Shown here one piece after another: positions 55,935 to 59,567 of a stretch of DNA of 59,567 nt. The DNA comes from a virus. Its lineage: Duplodnaviria; Caudoviricetes. Position 1 is the first letter of the stretch. Each line of letters opens with the position of its first letter. The translations under genes and the position numbers were made by a program. The stretch lies in the IMG/VR virus record IMGVR_UViG_3300030059_001596, positions 1 through 59,567 of that record; one strand, 5' to 3'. The notes beneath the pieces were generated by a model, which ran no database searches, had not been told where the DNA came from, and worked only from the letters and a program-made list of their open reading frames with translations.

Positions 55935-56564
55935 TTAAACCCAAGTTTCTAATAGTAAACGTTTCCAATTTCCTGAAGGAAAAGTATTTGTAGTGGGGGA
56001 AAGGAATATATATGATGAACCTCCAGATTGAGCATAACGGATCTCTCCTTCGACTCCAGTTCCTGCAGAACCAAATGAGGGAGGATTATTTAAAGCTGCA
56101 AGGTCTGCCTGTCCATTAACGACTACTCCAATGGAGTTCGGCCCAGGGGGTAAACCTTTGTGGGTTCTAAGTCGCTCCAGTGGTGCCGCCCCGTGATATA
56201 AAGTAGTGTCAGTTGGAGACGTTTGCAAATGCACGGCGGCACTGGATGCCAGTTTAAAATTACTGGCGGAATCAAAGCCAAAGGTTTGAGTTCCAGAACT
56301 ATGATTAAAAGCTTTTTGTAAAGTCATATCGGCGCCTGAGACACCCATGACAGAGTTTTGAATTGAGGTTGAACTTGGATTAAACTCTGGAACTTTTCCA
56401 ACAGACCCAGAACCTGTAACAGTTCCTCCCGATGGGACGGTGTTTATAATATCCTGCATAGTAAAAGCCTCCCTCAAAGAGTTGGCTTGAAGGGACCCTT
56501 TGTTGATAGTATCAACAACAGGAGCTACCGTGCGGAACATTTGTCCTAATGGAATAGTTGCCAT
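55935..56564 (-). CDS. Short fibre/spike-like protein, paralog 1
   Basis: As above; 77-bp near-identical DNA segment 55773-55849 / 56428-56504. Confidence 0.7.
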   Translation of the reverse strand: MATIPLGQMFRTVAPVVDTINKGSLQANSLREAFTMQDIINTVPSGGTVTGSGSVGKVPEFNPSSTSIQNSVMGVSGADMTLQKAFNHSSGTQTFGFDSASNFKLASSAAVHLQTSPTDTTLYHGAAPLERLRTHKGLPPGPNSIGVVVNGQADLAALNNPPSFGSAGTGVEGEIRYAQSGGSSYIFLSPTTNTFPSGNWKRLLLETWV

Positions 56565-56570
56565 TTTGTT

Positions 56571-56750
56571 TTATTTTTGGTAGGGAAATACCCTGTTTAA
56601 AGTATCCTTTCTTTTGTTACATCCGCAGTCAGACCCTGTAGCTTTAGCTACCGTATCGACTACTTTTTTTATCCCTGTTTTAGTAGTAAACTTTTCGAAG
56701 GTGTCTCCAAACCCCCTCGACGGTATATCACTTACTCTTGTCCGCTTCAT
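56571..56750 (-). CDS. 59-aa basic protein with CGC motif (not in ORF track)
   Basis: MKRTRVSDIPSRGFGDTFEKFTTKTGIKKVVDTVAKATGSDCGCNKRKDTLNRVFPYQK*; TAATG overlap. Confidence 0.75.
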   Translation of the reverse strand: MKRTRVSDIPSRGFGDTFEKFTTKTGIKKVVDTVAKATGSDCGCNKRKDTLNRVFPYQK

Positions 56751-56947
56751 TATCTTTTACAGCCAAAGTTGTTTGCGTAGTTAGCCATCTCTACTACCGA
56801 CTTAGAATACTTTTTAGTATTCTTCATCACAGCAGCAGCTCCGCTACACGCATCCTTGAATCCATTCTTCTGAGCCCAAGCGGTAAACTTACCTTCATTA
56901 GACTTTTTAATGGCAGGGAACTTTCCCTTTTTGGTTCGGCCAGCCAT
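56750..56947 (-). CDS. Small basic protein
   Basis: 65 aa; IKKSNEGKFTAWA...ANYANN. Confidence 0.75.
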   Translation of the reverse strand: MAGRTKKGKFPAIKKSNEGKFTAWAQKNGFKDACSGAAAVMKNTKKYSKSVVEMANYANNFGCKR

Positions 56948-57105
56948 TACTTCCTTCTGTCTCCAGTGATTGAAGTAATCAACACGTCCATCCAGCCAAA
57001 AATTTTATTGTCAGTTTTTGTAGGCGTGAGATTCACGATTACTTTTGCGAAGGCCATAAGTGCGATTAGCAATACTGCCCAGTTTTCTGTTATAAAATCT
57101 ATCAT
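56947..57105 (-). CDS. 52-aa membrane peptide (holin-like), paralog B (not in ORF track)
   Basis: MIDFITENWAVLLIALMAFAKVIVNLTPTKTDNKIFGWMDVLITSITGDRRK*; TAATG overlap. Confidence 0.75.
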   Translation of the reverse strand: MIDFITENWAVLLIALMAFAKVIVNLTPTKTDNKIFGWMDVLITSITGDRRK

Positions 57106-57106
57106 G

Positions 57107-57298
57107 TTATTTTCCCTTGGGAGTTTTTAAATTGTTGTTGTGGTAAGGCATAGAGTGATCTGCTGAGTATTTTCTTTTCCCAGAAGATCTTTCCATTCCT
57201 TCCGACTCGTGTCTACGAGACTTTAAAGACTGAGTCTTCTTTCCGTTCCTTGAACCTAAAGACTCATCGAGTCTTGAATTGTATCCTTGCTTTTTCAT
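57107..57298 (-). CDS. Small basic protein
   Basis: 63 aa; KQGYNSRLDESLG...KSRRHESEGME. Confidence 0.7.
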   Translation of the reverse strand: MKKQGYNSRLDESLGSRNGKKTQSLKSRRHESEGMERSSGKRKYSADHSMPYHNNNLKTPKGK

Positions 57299-57300
57299 AA

Positions 57301-57471
57301 TTAGTAACTTGAAGTCATTTTTTTTTCCATGCCGTAACCCGGGTTGTTCTTTACAGACCCGTTCATGCTTTTTGCAAACTCACCCGCCTGAGCTTTACCC
57401 ATTGCATTGTATGGGAAAGTTTTCTTTTTCATTTTTCCTGTGTCTCCACATTTGTAACTTACTGTAGGCAT
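57301..57471 (-). CDS. 56-aa basic protein (not in ORF track)
   Basis: MPTVSYKCGDTGKMKKKTFPYNAMGKAQAGEFAKSMNGSVKNNPGYGMEKKMTSSY*; TATATTTG box at 57487-57494. Confidence 0.7.
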   Translation of the reverse strand: MPTVSYKCGDTGKMKKKTFPYNAMGKAQAGEFAKSMNGSVKNNPGYGMEKKMTSSY

Positions 57472-57512
57472 GATGATTTATTTTTACAAATATAAGTATT
57501 ATTAATTTAAGG

Positions 57513-57686
57513 CTAACCACTGCACGACTCGCACCCTTCAGGGCTCTCAATATTGCACGCCGTCTCTCCTGATTTAATCTTATCCTCACGTTCTTTAAGG
57601 ACCTTCGGGTCTAAAAAAGATATATCTATACACTGACAATTTCCTCCCGCTCCGCAGATGCAGGCGTCTTTATTGTTGTCGTTCAT
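57513..57686 (-). CDS. 57-aa Cys-rich peptide (not in ORF track)
   Basis: MNDNNKDACICGAGGNCQCIDISFLDPKVLKEREDKIKSGETACNIESPEGCESCSG*; 7 Cys. Confidence 0.7.
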   Translation of the reverse strand: MNDNNKDACICGAGGNCQCIDISFLDPKVLKEREDKIKSGETACNIESPEGCESCSG

Positions 57687-57688
57687 AG

Positions 57689-57952
57689 TTACTTACTCTT
57701 TGGAAGCGGGGTGTCTCGACCAAAAGCATTGGGGACCATGTCCTGATTCTTAATTCTTCGGCTAAGACTTTTAACTTTAGTCTTACGTATCTTATTTACG
57801 ACGCTGTTTGTGTTCTTCCTGTTGCCCGTAACTTTATTTACCCCACCAATTTTTGATTTAATCTTAGCACGTTTTTTTCTTAGCCTAACTTCTTTTTTCC
57901 CTATACTATATCCTGATGCGATACGCGTGGGATCGTTTTTTTTAATTGCCAT
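57689..57952 (-). CDS. Lys/Arg-rich basic protein
   Basis: 87 aa, low complexity, strongly basic. Confidence 0.75.
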   Translation of the reverse strand: MAIKKNDPTRIASGYSIGKKEVRLRKKRAKIKSKIGGVNKVTGNRKNTNSVVNKIRKTKVKSLSRRIKNQDMVPNAFGRDTPLPKSK

Positions 57953-57954
57953 GG

Positions 57955-58467
57955 TTATTTTTTTACTGTTCTATTGTGTTTACGATCAGATCTTTTCTTT
58001 TGACGATCTGCTTTCTTTTTGTCTTTCTTTGCCCACCTTGCGCCAGCTTTAGCAGCTCGCTTTCCCGTTACCACAGTTTCCCTTGTTGTGCCACGCTTAT
58101 TTGTTCTTTGCTTTGAAGCAACAGTCTTACCAGCATCCTTATCCGTATGAACAAATGTCTTGCGAATATTTGTCTTTCCTCTCTTGTTAGTATTACTCGT
58201 GGTGGTAGACGAAGCCGACGCATGCTTACTGTCTGATGACTGCTTGTTCCGAAACTGTTGTGAGAAATTATTTTTCGTTCTCTTTCCCGTCCTACCTCGA
58301 GAAGACTGAGTGGTAGAATTAGTCGTAGTAGACTTAACCGTCGTAGGGGCGGCGGTTTTTTTTGCGTCTGCAGCTTTTTGAGCAGCAGTTCGGGTGTCAG
58401 CAATTAATTTGCCTGGGCCCATTTTCGCCCTTTTTTTTGCAGTTGTCTTAGACCTTGTTCTGGGCAT
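57955..58467 (-). CDS. Lys/Arg/Thr/Ser-rich basic protein
   Basis: 170 aa, low complexity, strongly basic. Confidence 0.75.
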   Translation of the reverse strand: MPRTRSKTTAKKRAKMGPGKLIADTRTAAQKAADAKKTAAPTTVKSTTTNSTTQSSRGRTGKRTKNNFSQQFRNKQSSDSKHASASSTTTSNTNKRGKTNIRKTFVHTDKDAGKTVASKQRTNKRGTTRETVVTGKRAAKAGARWAKKDKKKADRQKKRSDRKHNRTVKK

Positions 58468-58469
58468 AG

Positions 58470-58871
58470 TTACTTCTTTTTCTTTTTAGTAAACGTATCC
58501 ATATATGACATAGATGGGGACATAATTTTATTCCCTCCAGCTTTTTTGCCTAATCTATTAAGTTTATTTGTAGCACGCTTAACGTTACTCGTGGTTGATT
58601 TAGAATTTGCCTTTACAGATTTATATGCTGCGCTTGCTTTCCTTGCACGATTTGTAACACGACCCGACTTCTTGAAAGCTTTAGTCACCTTCTTCTTTGC
58701 ACGAGTGGCAACACGAGCTTTAGTTTTGACAATCTTCTTGTCAATTTTAGCCACCTTCTTGTTCATTTTTTTAACCGTCTTCCCTCCATATCCCTGGCGG
58801 TTTATCTTATCGTTTCCTTTTTCCGAAACTTTAAGTTTTCTTTTCTTTAATCTTTCTACTCTGGTAGGCAT
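58470..58871 (-). CDS. Lys/Arg-rich basic protein (MPTRVERL paralog)
   Basis: 133 aa; shares MPTRVERL.KRK and KKIVKTKARVA.RA with the next gene. Confidence 0.8.
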   Translation of the reverse strand: MPTRVERLKKRKLKVSEKGNDKINRQGYGGKTVKKMNKKVAKIDKKIVKTKARVATRAKKKVTKAFKKSGRVTNRARKASAAYKSVKANSKSTTSNVKRATNKLNRLGKKAGGNKIMSPSMSYMDTFTKKKKK

Positions 58872-58898
58872 GACGTTTATTTTTATATACTAATTAGT

Positions 58899-59357
58899 TT
58901 ATCTTCTCTTTCCAGTCTTAATTACTGGAGCAGGGCCTCCCGCTTTAACAATCTTCTTGGAAATCTTTTTAAGTTTTTTCCCAATCGCAAATCCAGCCCT
59001 CATGTTTTTATTAATCTGACGCTTATCAATACGTGCAGCCTTTTTTGTTTTACCCTTAGCAACAGCAGCCTTGATCTTAGCGTTAGATTTAGCCTGTGAT
59101 TTACCACGTGTCCCCTTATTTATAACACGGGCTTTTCTTTCCTGTAACTTTTCTACTTTCTTAACGGCACGCTTTGCAACACGAGCTTTAGTTTTGACAA
59201 TCTTCTTTTTGATCCTACCTAACTTATTGTCTGCTCGTTGAGCCACAAACAATTTTTTAATGGGTTTGCCTGCAGCCTTAGCTTTAGCCATTTTAGGCAA
59301 AGCTTTTTTTCTAACTTTAGCTTTCCTTTTTTCTAATCTTTCTACTCTGGTAGGCAT
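58899..59357 (-). CDS. Lys/Arg/Ala-rich basic protein (MPTRVERL paralog)
   Basis: 152 aa; hand count ~58 K+R versus 6 D+E. Confidence 0.8.
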   Translation of the reverse strand: MPTRVERLEKRKAKVRKKALPKMAKAKAAGKPIKKLFVAQRADNKLGRIKKKIVKTKARVAKRAVKKVEKLQERKARVINKGTRGKSQAKSNAKIKAAVAKGKTKKAARIDKRQINKNMRAGFAIGKKLKKISKKIVKAGGPAPVIKTGKRR

Positions 59358-59362
59358 GATGT

Positions 59363-59567
59363 TTATTTTTTTCTTGGCTTGAAGGTGCCTTTCTTTTTAT
59401 CTTTAGCTTGAACGAATTTCACAGGTGGCATAGCAATCGCACGCTTTTTCATTTTCCCTGCCTGTTTAACTTTAAATGCCGCCAGTGCAGCGGCAGAAGG
59501 AACAGCTTTTTTAGCCTTACGCATTGTAACACGAGTATCTTTTTTAACGGCACGCTTTGCACCACGA
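59363..59567 (-). CDS. 3' end of a Lys/Ala-rich basic protein, truncated at right window edge
   Basis: RGAKRAVKKDTRVTMRKAKKAVPSAAALAAFKVKQAGKMKKRAIAMPPVKFVQAKDKKKGTFKPRKK*. Confidence 0.75.
   Translation of the reverse strand, partial: RGAKRAVKKDTRVTMRKAKKAVPSAAALAAFKVKQAGKMKKRAIAMPPVKFVQAKDKKKGTFKPRKK

Noticed and set aside
55773-56504. 77-bp near-identical repeat as a DGR template/variable pair
   Set aside because: No reverse transcriptase; both copies are N-terminal coding sequence; only three mismatches and no adenine-specific pattern.
57395-57589. ORF-track 64-aa ORF
   Set aside because: Overlaps two better ATG-started ORFs (57513-57686 and 57301-57471) and spans a promoter box.
1-59567. 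Stop-codon reassignment or prophage state
   Set aside because: Long genes are intact under the standard code; no suppressor tRNA, integrase, repressor cassette or host flanks were seen.

Overview
The window looks like a near-complete (~59.6 kb) genome of a lytic, podovirus-like tailed phage. Its host is probably Bacteroidota, likely marine Flavobacteriia: at least 10 TAnnTTTG (-7) promoter boxes are present, leaders are AT-rich and Shine-Dalgarno sites are scarce. Layout: groEL/groES on the - strand (1-3 kb); a non-coding probable terminus/origin region (3.1-4.1 kb); a + strand early array of tiny ORFs (4.1-9.4 kb); a recombination/replication module with Sak-like SSAP, RecE-like exonuclease, SSB-like protein, primase-helicase, SF2 helicase, VRR-NUC, two DnaA-C-like HTH proteins, tRNA-Arg(UCU) and HNH (to 17.2 kb). 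A long - strand late module follows, with terminase, portal, scaffold, MCP, tail ring/muzzle, ejection proteins including a 2868-aa polyvalent protein, fibres and lysis genes. It ends in an array of extremely Lys/Arg-rich genes that appears to span the window junction. I recognised no DNA polymerase, RNA polymerase or integrase. The most striking unannotated feature is a pair of identical type I hammerhead ribozymes bracketing one early gene; double cleavage would release a 363-nt RNA whose ends re-form a complete hammerhead, making it a candidate self-circularising mRNA. Other highlights are a neighbouring three-way-junction RNA in the same cassette context, the protamine/H1-like gene array, a candidate -1 frameshift, KTQ linkers and an FtsK-gamma-like domain in the giant ejection protein, and several real ORFs under 60 aa that the ORF track missed. 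Protein calls come from motif recognition and synteny only; no searches were run.
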